Source of the DNA: Neoconidiobolus thromboides FSU 785
Lineage: Eukaryota > Fungi > Entomophthoromycota
Assembly (NCBI GenBank): GCA_025603075.1
Contig: MU626426.1
Coordinates: 1-42,582, forward strand
Reading direction: 5' to 3'
Length of the DNA stretch: 42,582 nucleotides
The number at the start of each line of letters is the position of its first letter. Positions within the stretch are counted from its first letter, which is position 1. Shown piece by piece: positions 25,308 to 38,296 of this stretch. Both the position numbers and the translations under genes were made by a program. Below the pieces are notes generated by a model. It was given only the letters and a program-made list of their open reading frames with translations, had not been told where the DNA came from and made no database searches.

Positions 25308-26567
25308 AACCATTTTTTATAATAATTAATTTAATAATAATTTATAAGTTATAATTTGAATTGGTGTATATTTGAGGTATAATTACTGTGACAGAGTAAT
25401 TGTATGTATAGTTTATAGCAAAAGATTTATGATAAATTATGGCTTTGAATCGATTTATGTTTATTAATCATCTTTTTATCGCTTTGGGAATAAAAGAATT
25501 AAACTTTAGTTTAGATTGTTGTTATCGTATCATGGCTTATAAGTTTGAAAATGTTTTATTATACAGGGTCAAATCTACTTCTTTGAACCACTTCATTATA
25601 CTTTTGGGATAATATAAAAAACTAAATATAGGTAAATTAAAAAATCTAGCTGATATGGTCAAAATATATTAATTTAATTTTTATTTGATCATTAAAAAGG
25701 TAACTGCTTTGCATTGTAATTCAACAAAGTACAAACACAAAGCATAAATGGTTCGTAAAGAGTAAGACAAAAAGTTTCGTAAAAATAGAACTGAAATCAC
25801 CTATGAAGTGTAAGATAAAGATTAGGTGATAGGGTTTATTTGATGGGAAGATATATAGTATGAAATAGAAGTACTAGGGCTCAGTAAAGGTAAGATTTTT
25901 ACATCTAGAGAGGCTTTTGTACTTTTATTTAGCCATAAGTGGTATGGTTGGTTTATTTTAAATTTATTAAATTCTTATAGTTTATCTCAATAAAATTTAT
26001 TTCATATTGTCAGTCAGGATTTTGGGCAAATCTAAAACAGTAAAAATATAAACCGCATCAAAATATAATGTGTCCACTCAATAACTAAAATTCCTAGTAA
26101 AAAGACCAAAAAGATATGGGACTACTATATAATTTCAGAGAAATGGGTTAATTTAAAAGCTTGGTTCAAATTTTATTCAATTTGATTTTTAAAGAAAATT
26201 CCAACTAAGGACCAAATGCTACCAAAATATTTACTTTTTTGCTAAAATCAAATTGGAAATTTAATTGGGCCTCCAAACTTATCCATATACAAGCTTTAGT
26301 AAGTTGAAAGTAAAAGAATAAAACTTATAAAGAGTATGATGATTTTTAATATCTTTTATTATGATAAAGAGTTAAAAGTAATGATATATTAAGATATAAA
26401 CATTTAAGCTTTTAAAAAATATATCACTTTTTAATTATTTTATTTCCAAGTTTCCGTAAAGTTAACTACAATTTCAACTATAAATAAATAATAAGCATCC
26501 AAGCTTATTTACAAGTAGCATTGATTTCATAATAAATTGTTTATATAGTAACTACTTTAAAGTTTGA

Positions 26568-26672
26568 TATGGGAGTGTTTTTTTCGGCTTCATTATTTTT
26601 TCCATCTTTTAAGCGCTATTTCAGTGGAAAACTTGTTGGTAAAATTCTTAAACAAAAAAATACACCCCCATA
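26568..26672 (+). mobile_element. MITE copy D
   Basis: TATGGGAGTG...CACCCCCATA plus family interior. Confidence 0.85.
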
Positions 26673-26887
26673 TAATAAATAGTAAAAAAAAGTCGAGAAA
26701 CTCCCCAAAAAAAACGGACTACTTCCAGAGTTTATTTCAATTTAGCTTAAATTTACAGAAAACTGGAATACCTCTAAAAGTTTAATCTTGAACTAAGACT
26801 TAATTTTCAATAAAATTAGCAAAATCTTCAATAAATGAAATGGAAAAAAATACAAAAAAAATATTTAAAGAAATGTAATATGCATAA

Positions 26888-26992
26888 TATGGGGATGATT
26901 TTTTTGATTTCATTACTTTTTCCACCTTTTAAGCGCTATTTGAGCGGAAAATTTGTTAGTAAAATTCTTAAACACAAAAATACATCCCCATA
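26888..26992 (+). mobile_element. MITE copy E
   Basis: TATGGGGATG...CATCCCCATA plus family interior. Confidence 0.9.
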
Positions 26993-27252
26993 TACTATGT
27001 AGAAAAGTAAAAAAAGATTTACTATATACTCTTATTAAATTTTAATACTTCAATTCTTTATTTTCCAATATTAGGTTGAATTTTATTAAAAATTGGGTTT
27101 TAAGCTTTAGCTTAAAATCGAACTTTTTGAAAATAATCTAGTTTTTATGAAAGGTTAAAAGCTGGCTTAAAATCGAACTTTGATAGCTATTGAAATAAAA
27201 ACATATATTTATTTTAATACTTTGATAATGTTTTTAGTTTTCATAATTATTA

Positions 27253-27357
27253 TATGGGGATATGTCTTTTGTTTAGGAATTTACTAACAATCTTTTCGCT
27301 CAAATAATGCCCAAAAGATGGAGGAAGTAATGAAATCAAAAAAAACATCTCCCTGTA
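27253..27357 (-). mobile_element. MITE copy F (reverse orientation)
   Basis: TATGGGGATA...CATCTCCCTGTA; reverse-oriented interior. Confidence 0.85.
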
Positions 27358-27943
27358 TTTTTGATAAATAAATTTACAGCTTATTTTCATAACATAACCT
27401 TTGGATTTTTTATACCATTAGTATGATAGAAAACTAAAATACTTTTTATGTTACTTAATAGCATTTAGCCTAAATCGTAATTTATGATAAGTTTTAGATT
27501 ATAATATTTAAAGTATTCAAAATAGAAATCATTTTAATGATACGAGAGGAGGTCATAATGCTCGTAGAATGAAAGAGTTACAAACGATCTATATGAGAGT
27601 TCTTCACATGTATATTTTTTATGCATTCTACTTACAATACACATAAAGTTTTGTATTAATTTAATTACTTATCTCTAAGATATAACCATAATTTAAGTGT
27701 GCACTTTCATGAGATATTATTTTTTATCAGGAGCTAAAATTTCATTAAATTTTTTTGTTAATGATGGCTATTTCTATTGATTGTATCTTGGGGATGAATG
27801 ATTAGACTAATATTAAAACTTTATGTGTATTATAAGTAGAGTAAATAAAAATACATATGTAAAGAACTCCTGGATAAGCATCCTATAACCTCTTCAATGG
27901 ATAAAATTCATAAACTTCCCTCATAGATTTTAATAAATTTTTA

Positions 27944-28015
27944 TTTGGAGATGTATTTTTGTTAAAAATTTTATAATTTTTCCATTCTAGTAGTAGCGCT
28001 TAAGAATTGAAAAAG
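27944..28015 (-). mobile_element. MITE copy G1, partial and degenerate (reverse orientation)
   Basis: tttggagatgtatttttg..agcgcttaag..gaaaaag, ending where copy G2 begins. Confidence 0.6.
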
Positions 28016-28116
28016 TGGGAATGTTTTTTTTGACTTCACTTTTTCGACTTTTTTAAGCACTATTTAAGTAGAAAAATTATTAGTAAAATTCTTAAGCACA
28101 AAAATACATTCCCATA
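28016..28116 (+). mobile_element. MITE copy G2
   Basis: TGGGAATG...CATTCCCATA; shares its final TA with G3. Confidence 0.85.
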
Positions 28117-28214
28117 TGGGGCTGTTTTGTTTTCATTACTTTTTCCATTTTTCAAGTGCTATTTGAGTGGAAAGATTGTAGCAAAATTCTTAAACATAAA
28201 AATATATCCCCATA
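28115..28214 (+). mobile_element. MITE copy G3
   Basis: TATGGGGCTG...TATCCCCATA; head-to-tail with G2. Confidence 0.85.
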
Positions 28215-28328
28215 CGTTGTATTTCAATCGCCTTAAAATTCATTTCGTTTAAAAAATTACTAGATTCAGTTTTGAAGAAAATAATAGTCTAGTTGTTTAT
28301 TTAAAAATATATAAGTTTATAATAAATA

Positions 28329-28432
28329 TATGGGGATATATTTTTGTGTTTAAGAATTTTACTAACAACTTTTCCGCTTAAATAGCGCTTAAAAATGGAA
28401 AAAATAATGAAGTCAAAAAAAACACTCCCATG
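28329..28432 (-). mobile_element. MITE copy G4 (reverse orientation)
   Basis: TATGGGGATAT...CACTCCCATG. Confidence 0.85.
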
Positions 28433-28845
28433 TTATAAATTTGATTTATAGCTTATATAGTCTTAAAAGAGAGTAAACCTCGCAAATAATTTATTAAGTA
28501 AAGATAAAAATAGATGAAAGTCATGGGGTGAGAAGAAGGAGTGGAAGGGTGATAAATTATGAATATCGTTATTAAAAAATAAAGTCCTATACAAACATGA
28601 GACTCAATTAATTCAATGATGTAAAAGAAATCAATTTATCTAGAAACAGGATTAAAGGGAAAAATTGTCAGCTGCAAATTTGATTCAAAACGCATGACAA
28701 CAAATGGGGTGACGTAGCAAAGTGGAAGGTGGGAATAAGTATTTACTAAGTTCTAACATTTAAACTGGTGATTCAATATACTAATATATAATAACAATTA
28801 TAGGCTTAATTTTTAAATATTCGAAAATTTAATTTTTCTTAAAAA

Positions 28846-30402
28846 ATGAGCTCAGTATCAACTAGTAACAAATATTTAAATTGTAGTATATATGAATATT
28901 AATGAAATCATGACTAGGTTTGACTTCTTTTCCAGATTTGAATTACTTAAAAGTGCTTCTGTTATCTGGGTTTACTAAAATAATAAAAGTACACATTTTG
29001 CACATTTATCGAGGGGTAAGCTTGACATTAATTCAATTTCTACAAATCAATTAATATATTAGGTTTTAGTAGAGTTAGGCAGTTTTCCACATAATTGGAG
29101 TGAAAGATATCATTATATTATATCTAACTTCAGTTACTTTACTTATAGTGTTCCAGTAGCTATATTAATTTTTAGTTATTTAACTGATAAATACGGAGTT
29201 AAAAAAACTTTACCCATATCACTTTATGGATCATCAATCTTAATAATAATTTTATCCTTAGTATCAAACTTTCCCTCTCTTCACGTAACTTTACTTGGCT
29301 TAGGTTTGTTTAATGGATTAGATGCTATTGCTTATGGACTTATATCGACTATTTATGAATCGAAATATCGAAGTAATTGTATTTCGTTATACAAATTATA
29401 CTATATTTACTGTTTATAGGTTTTGCGTATACATTACTATTTTTTGATATCTATTTTTCATTTATATCAGATCCTATAATTAATTCCTTTGAACTACTTA
29501 AAAATCAAATTCCAAATTGGTTTATGCCAAAATTGCTATTCCTTCAATATCCTCAATTGTTATCTGCTTTAGGTGGCGCTATTATATTTACGATAATTGC
29601 TTACTACTCTCATTCTATATTATTACCTTCTGGTGATAAATTATATAATACCTCGCTTCCAACTGAAAATGATGAAACTCAAACTTTAATTAATGAGATG
29701 GATTGTACAAATTATGATTCTATTAACTCATCTCAGAATACTTTATATCCTCGTTTTATGGCTAAATTACCCAGTAAACAAAGCATGTTTTTAATCGTTT
29801 CTTTTACGTTGAATCAATTCCTAATCAAAAATGCATCAGATAGCTTGATAAATTGGTATACTACTGGAATCGAACGAGGTGGCTTAGGCTTAGGCTTTAG
29901 AGAATTATTGCCTACGCTATTTAATTCTTTAAAAACTTTCTATTATTTGAGTTACTTACTTTTGCCTACCATCATGAATAGATTTAACCCTAGTTATATA
30001 TATAATATAACATACAAAATAGCTAGTATTGAGTTTGTTTATTTGATCTTAGTTAATTTTTTACAACCAGTCCTCCCTACTTCAGTCTTAAACTTATTAG
30101 TCGGTTTAGGCGGTGTACCATTGATTGTATGCTCTTCATATAGTAATATAGCAATAATTCTACTATTATCTAAAGTGAAAGATGTAAATGTAGGATCATT
30201 TACTATCTTTGGTTTAGCACTTAGTGCGTTTGAAATTATAAATGTAATCCAAGCATCCTTGACGCCACTTTCTCTATTTTTTACCTTTAGTAAGATGGGA
30301 ATTTCCTATTTTAACATTCTAAATCCCTCCTTTATTATCTTTGCTGGAGTTGCTTTTCTCAATTGTTATTTCTCTGAAGCTTTTCTTACTAATAATAGTT
30401 AA
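28846..30402 (+). CDS. MFS transporter, ~469 aa; proposed exons 28846-28864, 28918-29015, 29063-29372, 29420-30402
   Basis: Three GT-AG introns of 47-53 nt join the pieces in frame. Motif-A-like SYLTDKYGVKK, IYESKYRS after TM4, WYTTGIERGGLGLG as in fungal MFS; about 12 hydrophobic segments. The 5' exons are less certain. Confidence 0.7.
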
Positions 30403-30867
30403 GCTTATTTGATAAATAAGGCGAATATTGGTTGAATATTATTTAAAGTTTTATATTTTATTATAATTTAGTTTAGTTTTGGTAAATTTTATGAACTATA
30501 AAGTGTATAAAATAATAAAGTTTATTTCAAAAAGTAGCTATACTAAGGGTTTATATATTTCAAATTTCAAATTTCATACTTTATTTGATCAGTTTCTCAA
30601 TTCGATTTATAATTGTTTTGTTTATTGACTTTTTTAGGTTACTTTATATTATCAAATTTAGATTATTACAATAAACTAAACTTTACATTCTGAAGTTATT
30701 CTTTGTTTATTTAACATAAACGTGTATATTAAAGCTATTACTTTCTAAAGCATCATTGTTTTATAAAGTTAAATTATAAACACTTATATAATATCATTTG
30801 AGGCGTTTTGGAAATATTTATTTAAATCAAAAAGCTTAATATGTGAATGGACAAATTAATCCTTATC

Positions 30868-32560
30868 TTAATCTGCCAGTGTGATTGTGGTAATTTCTGA
30901 AAAGAAATCTAAAGATAAAAAGCCTCCTTCTCTTCCTATTCCAGAATCTTTATATCCTCCAAAAGGAGTAAATGTATCTCTTACTAGCCAACAATTAACC
31001 CATACCAACCCAGCTTCAATAGATTGTGCTACTTTTCTAGTAAGTCTAATATCATTTCCAAATACACAGGCTGCTAAACCATAGTTAGTATCATTAGCCA
31101 TTTGGATAGCTTCATTAACATGATTATAAGGTATAATGGCAACAACTGGGCCAAAAATTTCTTCTTTGACGACTCTTGAATTGGGACTTAAATCAGTAAT
31201 GATCGTTGGTTCAATATAATAACCATTTAATTCATCTACAGAATTACCTCCGCAAACTATTTTTCCACCTTCTTGTTTGGCCAAGCTAATATAACTTAAT
31301 ACCTTTTCAAAATGTTGTTTACTGCTCATTGCTCCAACTACTGTATCACTATCCCATGGTATATTCACTTTGTAGTTTTTTTTAGTATATTCCACTAAAC
31401 CAGTGACAAATTGCTCATAGATAGAAGCTTCAACGTAAACTCTGGACATACATAAACAAATTTGACCTTGATTCGAAAACGCAGCGGCAGCACTAGTTTC
31501 AATAGCTAAGTTCAAATCGCAATGTTTTAATATGATACTTGGATTTTTTCCACCAAGCTCCAAAGATACTTTTTTAAACAATGGTGCACACCCGATTGCT
31601 ACCTTTTTCCCGGTTTCAGTGCCTCCAGTAAATGAGATTAATCGAACTGATGGATGCTTTATTAATGCATCACCTGCTTCTGAACCTATTTTCTCTTAAT
31701 TTTATTGTTCTATTATTACAAAATTTTTACCTAATCCAAACACTATATTAACTACACCTTTTGGTAACCCAGCCTCCTTTATGATTTGACATAAATCTAT
31801 GAAAGATGTAAATATAAACTAATAAACTGTTTAACATTATTTTTACAATAAGCCGTTAAGGATGTGATTTCACTTGGCTTACAAATACATACGGAACCAG
31901 CGGCAATACAAGGTGCTATCTTCCAGGTTAGAAGATAAAGTGGCCTTAAAACCATAATTAATAAAAGCCAATAAATATAAATATATATTACAAATTCCAT
32001 GGAGAAATCAAACCAGCAATACCAGCAGGTTTACGTATACTATAATGAAGAGCAGCTTTACTACCATGGTTTTGTACTATTTGGTCTGGATTCCAAGAAG
32101 TTAATAAATCTGCATAGTACCGGAAATTATGAACTGCTCTGGGAATATCCACTTTTTTACAAAAAGAATACGTTTTCCCACTATTCAAGGACTCAGCTAT
32201 CACTAATTTTTCAAACCATTTTTCACTTTCAATCAAATCAGCTATCCTTCGCATATAGTTACTTCGCACACTTCGATCTGTATTGCCCCACCCAGCTAAT
32301 GCTTTTTTGCTACTTTTAACTGCTAATTCAATCTCCTTTTCGCCTCCTCGGCTTATACTTCCCAAGCTCTATTTAACTTTAGTTTTCTTTTATTAACTTT
32401 TTGAAAAAATTACCAATTTGTTTCCTGGATTTATTATGTCAAGCATCCCTCCTTCATCTCCGATTACAAATTCATTGTCAATGAAGTGATGTACTACTAT
32501 CTCTTTCTCCAAACCTAGCTTTTCTAAGCCTTTAATATCTGTTTCGTTATGACTTCCCAT
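30868..32560 (-). CDS. ALDH8A1: Aldehyde dehydrogenase, ALDH8A1/2-aminomuconic semialdehyde dehydrogenase-like (multi-exon)
   Basis: SPWNLPLYLLTWKIAP, FTGGTETG, LELGGKNP, FSNQGQICLCMSRVYV, EEIFGPV, CWLVRD..PFGGYKDSGIGREGG; ATG at 32560. Confidence 0.85.
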
Positions 32561-33075
32561 TTATTTAAAAAGGACTCTTTTGTCACAGTCACTTATTTAT
32601 ACTTTTATTTGAAACAGTATGACATATCCTTAATCCAATTAATAATTACTTATTCATAAGCAAAAATATCTCAATCAATCACCCCCTGGTGACATATTAG
32701 AAACTAAATATCTCTTACATTTATTGCTAAAAATAGATAGTAATTTAGTTCTATTACAAACCTCAAATTTTTAAGCAAATTAAAGATTCTTATTTAAACT
32801 ATAGACTATAAGGTTTACCCATAATTTTAATGTAAATTAAGAGCTATACCAATGTTTTTTCAAAGAATTGTTTAAACAGAATATTAATAAAACTCCTATT
32901 GATAAAATTTGATAAATACTGTTTTTATTTAATATTATTAATATTATTTAAAACAAGTTATTTTTATCTCAAATTGCTTTTTGCATCAATTTGGAAATGC
33001 TCTTTACTTTAACAACTTGCTCTTTTTAGGCATAAAACTTAAAAATTACCAATGAATATCTGAACAAAAAACGTT

Positions 33076-33179
33076 CGTGAGAATGGTTTTTTTGGTTTCA
33101 TTACTTTTTCCATCTTTTAAGCGCTATTTAAGTGAAAAGATTGTAGTAAAATTCTTAAACAAAAAAATACATCCCCATA
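33076..33179 (+). mobile_element. MITE copy H
   Basis: Degenerate left TIR (cgtgagaatg), intact right TIR CATCCCCATA, family interior. Confidence 0.85.
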
Positions 33180-34023
33180 TAGTCAATCCTACTTGTCATT
33201 ATAAAAAGTTGAATTTAAAGAGCCAACCTTTGTAACTAAGTTAGAGTTCGCTTGTTTAAACTTGAGTTAAATCGAAATTGTGTTTCTGTAATCTCTATTT
33301 TAAATTGAGAGTCAATTCATACATTTAATATTACTTAAAACAAAATCATTAAAATATTAAACAAAGTTGAGCAACTTTAAAAACAACAGTTATCAAAGAG
33401 AAGGGTGATACAAAAAGTTAATACTCATCTCATTAGCATACAAGGAAATTTTGATTAAAAGGGTAGAACTAATTCATTGTATATGTATATTTAAAGCGGT
33501 TATGTTTTTTTGTTAAACATTAAAATATAAATATTATGTCTTTACTAGGCCAACGCTTTATATATAGACTTGTAGACTTTGATAAGGATAAAACGCATGA
33601 TAGGAATGGTTATGGAGCGGAAGGTAAACCATGTGCAATAAAAAGAAGGCTGTAGATTTTCACTTAATTATAAAAACTTTATTGAAGAGAATTATCAAGC
33701 ATTACCCTTTTATCTATAGAGAAGGATCCTATTGGTGGTTATAATAGTTATTTTTACAACTGATCAAATGATTGATCAACTACTGGTAATATTTCCAGTA
33801 ACCTTATAAGGCATTGTTGATCTCTTAAAAAATTATAATCTGGAGTTATCAAGTATAGTTTGCATTTGATCCATCCAAACAAAGTTCCTCATAATTATTT
33901 ATTTGTCAGCATTTTCTGGCTGTATCATTTTAAAAAAAGAAAGCGTATTTTTGTTATGTTCTTTAATTCATATAAAACCACTAACTATAATAAACTAATC
34001 ATTTCTACCAATTTATGCCATTA

Positions 34024-34127
34024 TATGTGGATGTGTTTTTATGTTTAGGAATTCTACTAACAATATCTCCGCTCAAATAGTGCTTAAAAGATGGAAAAAC
34101 TAATGAAATAAAAAAATCACCCTCGTA
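34024..34127 (-). mobile_element. MITE copy I (reverse orientation)
   Basis: TATGTGGATG...CACCCTCGTA. Confidence 0.85.
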
Positions 34128-34271
34128 TGTTAGTCAAAATATACGATTATTTCAGTTTTTATTTCTCAAACAAATAGAATGATTATTAATTTGACAATAG
34201 CTTTACGTTTACTAATACTTTTACAACTATACAAATACAAAAGCTTTTGATTTACTACAAACAATATAAAG

Positions 34272-34305
34272 AATAAACAATAAACAATAAACAATAAACA
34301 ATAAA
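34272..34305 (+). repeat. (AATAAAC)n heptamer microsatellite, ~4.9 units
   Basis: aataaac x4 plus aataaa. Confidence 0.8.
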
Positions 34306-35511
34306 ATTGAATTATAAGATATGAGCTGGTTGTGATGAAAGGTAATTTATGTACACCAAAGATTAATATAAGTATAATTCAAAGGCTACTCCAATTGAAA
34401 TTAGTCACAGTTATCGATTACTTTGGCAATATGTACAGCCATTGAGAAAAGCCAGCTTAGGCAATATTTAGCAACATTAAGTTATCTAGAGCAATCCTTT
34501 GTTTTAATAATCCATGGTAATATTAATATTAGTTTTATGTTCTATTACAAAGTTAAAGGTTAATACAATTTCGCGCAGCCAGAGTGTCAACATTGTTTTT
34601 AAATACTTTTATAGAATAGAGAGATTAGCATAAGGGTTATGTTGCTTAGATCAATATATTTAAAGTTAAAAAGGTTTGAAAGCAAAAGAATTATCAAGTA
34701 ATTATTAGTAATCACATTGCTATATCAAAGTTAATGTATGAAGAAGCAGGTAGATGGCAATGTCAAGTATATAACTATTAAACAAACGATATAAATAACA
34801 TCACCATATTATATATTGAAGCATAGAGAAGATGTAGATGCTGATCCTAAGTAAAAATTTACTGTACTTTATTTCTCTATTTTTAAGCTTTGATCAACTT
34901 ATTTTTCATTTACTGGATCAAGATAAAAATAAATTAATATAAATGTTAGCTCATTTTAAAACAGCCTGTCTTGATATAGTCAACTTTATAGAGGACCAAA
35001 GGGAAAGCACATTGCTACAAGTATTAGTATAATTTATAGATTGATTGCTATAAATATTAATGTACTTTATAAATTTTTTACTTTATTAATAAATAACTTA
35101 TTAGAAGATACAACAATAGTAATGAGCAAGCATTTTTTTTTAAACTCATCATAAATAATAATTGACTCAAGTAACCAGAGTTAACTCTCCCAAGCTAATC
35201 ACACAATTTGACCTTAAATTTATTATTCTTATATCAATTTTGATATGCGTGCATCAAAACTTTTATATAAGGTTGGTTAGACGATTCTACAATCGATTTA
35301 CCATTTATCAGAGATCAAGTTTAATACATGTTAGACAAAACTCAAATCCCAGTGATCAAGTAGCTCTTTTGAAAGCTTAATAGTAAATTTATTCAACTTA
35401 TTAAAGGTTCATTAGTCTTAATTTTCCATTAGAAGTCGACTCCAAAAACATCTTTAGTCTTGCAAGCATTGATATTAAACTTTTCTACTTTAAAGCATTG
35501 AAAGAAGGCAC

Positions 35512-35614
35512 TTAAGAGTGTTTTTTTTGGCTTCATTACTTTTTCTATCTTTTAAGCGTTATTTAAATGGAAAAACCATCACTGAAATTCTTAAACATAA
35601 AAATACATCCTCAA
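35512..35614 (+). mobile_element. MITE copy J
   Basis: Degenerate left TIR, right end CATCCTCA; core identical to copy K. Confidence 0.8.
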
Positions 35615-38191
35615 ATTATTGTTTAAAAAGTTTGTCTAAATTTTAGTTCGAATGGATAATTAAATATTTGAGCCTGACTCAAATTTATTGTGGATTTAAT
35701 GCTGCATACATGTCATAATAAAAATCTTGAAAATTTTGATATGAAGCAAAAGCGAACTTGAAATTTAATTTTGAGATCAAACTGATCAAAATAAATAAAC
35801 AAACAAAGAAATCGTTTAACAAAATAAAATACTTTTGAATGCATCTCTATAAAAATCTTGATCTCTAACTCTTTTATTTGAGATCAAAGACTAATGTGGG
35901 GTTTCTAACTTTTAAAGTTTACGATAATTAATTCAACAGGAGTAATCTCAATCAATCTCCGGTGCAATATATTTTAACAAATAAATGGATCAGATATATC
36001 ACTTAGATTAAATAGAATCATCAAATGAGGCTAAAAATATCACAAAAAATCGTCTCCTTTCTTATTGAATGTCAATAAGTATAGCAATATAAATATCAGT
36101 TTTACTACATGCTCAAATCAAGCATCAATTCTAACAATTTCACAAAGAGAGATTTAATTCAATGACTATTATACTAAGCTATAGCTTAATATGTGAACCA
36201 ATCAATTAGTATACGCTGTTGGAAATACTACTTTAATTTCAGTTTAATAATTTTAAGTCTATATACTAAATCTTATATTAAATCTAAAGCAATTTAGGCC
36301 ATTTTTGATGATAAACTTAGGAGTTACACTGACAATCCATTTTGATTTAATGAAATGGTATATGCTATTAGCTTTAGCCCATAACCAATGGGATTTATAA
36401 AAATACTTATTCATATTCAATTATAATGTTAGATTTATGATTAAGTACTAAAAAATCTATTATAATAAAAATTTAAATATGAATTTAAAAAATTCATTTA
36501 AAAGAAGTTAAAGCTAAAGAAGGCTATTTGGATGCATTTAAATAACTAAGTATATCCAAATAGTAAAGTAAAGCTTAACCTTAAAATAAAGCATATTAAC
36601 TAAAAGTATACTAGGTGAAATGAAATTACTAGGGTAGCGTCCCTAAAACCTTAGAATCATCGTAAGTAGCTGTCAAGTAAGGCTTTATTAAAGCGGCCAT
36701 TCTCAACAAATTGTGAACCTAAGTAGAAAATAGCGTATTTACTTCGGAAGATTAGAAGCTACTAAATAATGTAATCAAAGCCTGTAATCAATCTTAACAA
36801 TGAATCGAAATTAAAGAAAATTTATTAATCCGGATTCCATTGACGCATCAAGACTCTATTCTTATCAGTGTCTCCTTAATGAGTAATTTATCATAAACTA
36901 TCAATGTGCCTTTAGTTGTTCGCTTCTACTAATTTCTAATTTTCGTTATATGTAAATAACTCTAGTGTATAAATTTGAAATGTATTATTAATAGTACAGC
37001 CAATGTTTTAATAGTTACTTCAAATATACTTGTCATAAAGAATTCTGAAAAATTGTTCTTATATACTTTTTTTCAGAGGTTTACTTTTCAATGATGATAA
37101 GAATGACTATTTTATGATTTAATTGTTCCATTCCCACTTAAGCTTTAACTTGATAAAATAAAATAAAATAAATAATAAAAGAGGAAACATCTTTAACATT
37201 ATATTATCTTTTTATATTATAATCTAATCTTTACTCAATTTTATCATAAAGTATTTTTCACAAAATCAATCTAAATTTAGAAATTTATGGAGCAGCCAAT
37301 AAGAAGTATTAAAAAGAAAATAGTTAAAATTAGCCATTTTCAAGAATAACTTTAACTGATAAACTAGCATTTATAAGATATTATAGAAGTCATGTAGAAC
37401 TCTACCAATTAGTAACACAAAAATTAGAGAAAACAAGTATGTTTTTATTTGTTTTATTCTTTTGTTAGCTACTATGAAGAGAAATTTGGATAAATTATTA
37501 GCAAATTCTTCAAAAAATATTCCCATACCAAATTGGCTAAGTTCAAACTGTTTTTATATATCAACTTTACTAGCAATTTAAAAAAATAAGTATATGAAAA
37601 TTGCCTGATATTAATCAAGATAAAACAGTCTACTTGTCCAAAGCAAAATACTTGATTAAATTGTATGTCTAATATGTTTGCCAATTGTCTGTCTCATTTA
37701 GTCTTTCAATTACTTTGGATTTTTATTTGATGATTTATAGTATTTCAAATGCTGATCCAACAGTAAAACCTGAAGAAAAACTAGCAATTTCATATATATA
37801 ATGAAATATTTATCCCCTTAATAATGCACTTAGTTTTTAATAAGGTATTTATATATCACATATACATCAATGAGTAAAATTGAGAACAAGCTGTGTTTTT
37901 ATTTGTCAACTAAGGGCATCAATTCACATAGTAGTAATTAATTTCGTAACGTTTTAATATAAAGTGAGGAACATAATAAAGGTTTTCTAAATGTAACAAA
38001 CTTTACTAACAAATTATAATAGACCAAGGGATGATGCTTTAAATAAACTTTTCAACTTGTAAATGGGTAAAATTAATATTGGTTCCTCAGCGCCAAACAA
38101 ATGATAGTAAATAGCTTTTTTATTATTCAAAATGCCCTTTAAAAGCTTTTTTACCGATGTATTTTAATTAACTTCATATTTATTGTGAGGA

Positions 38192-38296
38192 TATGGGGAT
38201 GTATTTTCATGTTTAAGAATTTCAGTGATGGTTTTTCCATTTAAATAACGCTTAAAAGATAGAAAAAGTAATGAAGCTGAAAAAAACAGCCCCATA
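38192..38296 (-). mobile_element. MITE copy K (reverse orientation)
   Basis: TATGGGGATG...CAGCCCCATA. Confidence 0.9.

Noticed and set aside
27107-27180. Direct repeat GCTTAAAATCGAACTTT x2, and weak similarities among 820-910, 33220-33290 and 35720-35890 hinting at a second repeat family
   Set aside because: Matches are too short and AT-rich to support by eye; a self-alignment would be needed
26568-28432. Clustered repeats as a CRISPR-like array
   Set aside because: Units are ~103 bp with TIRs, occur in both orientations at irregular spacing, in a eukaryotic intron-rich context with no cas genes
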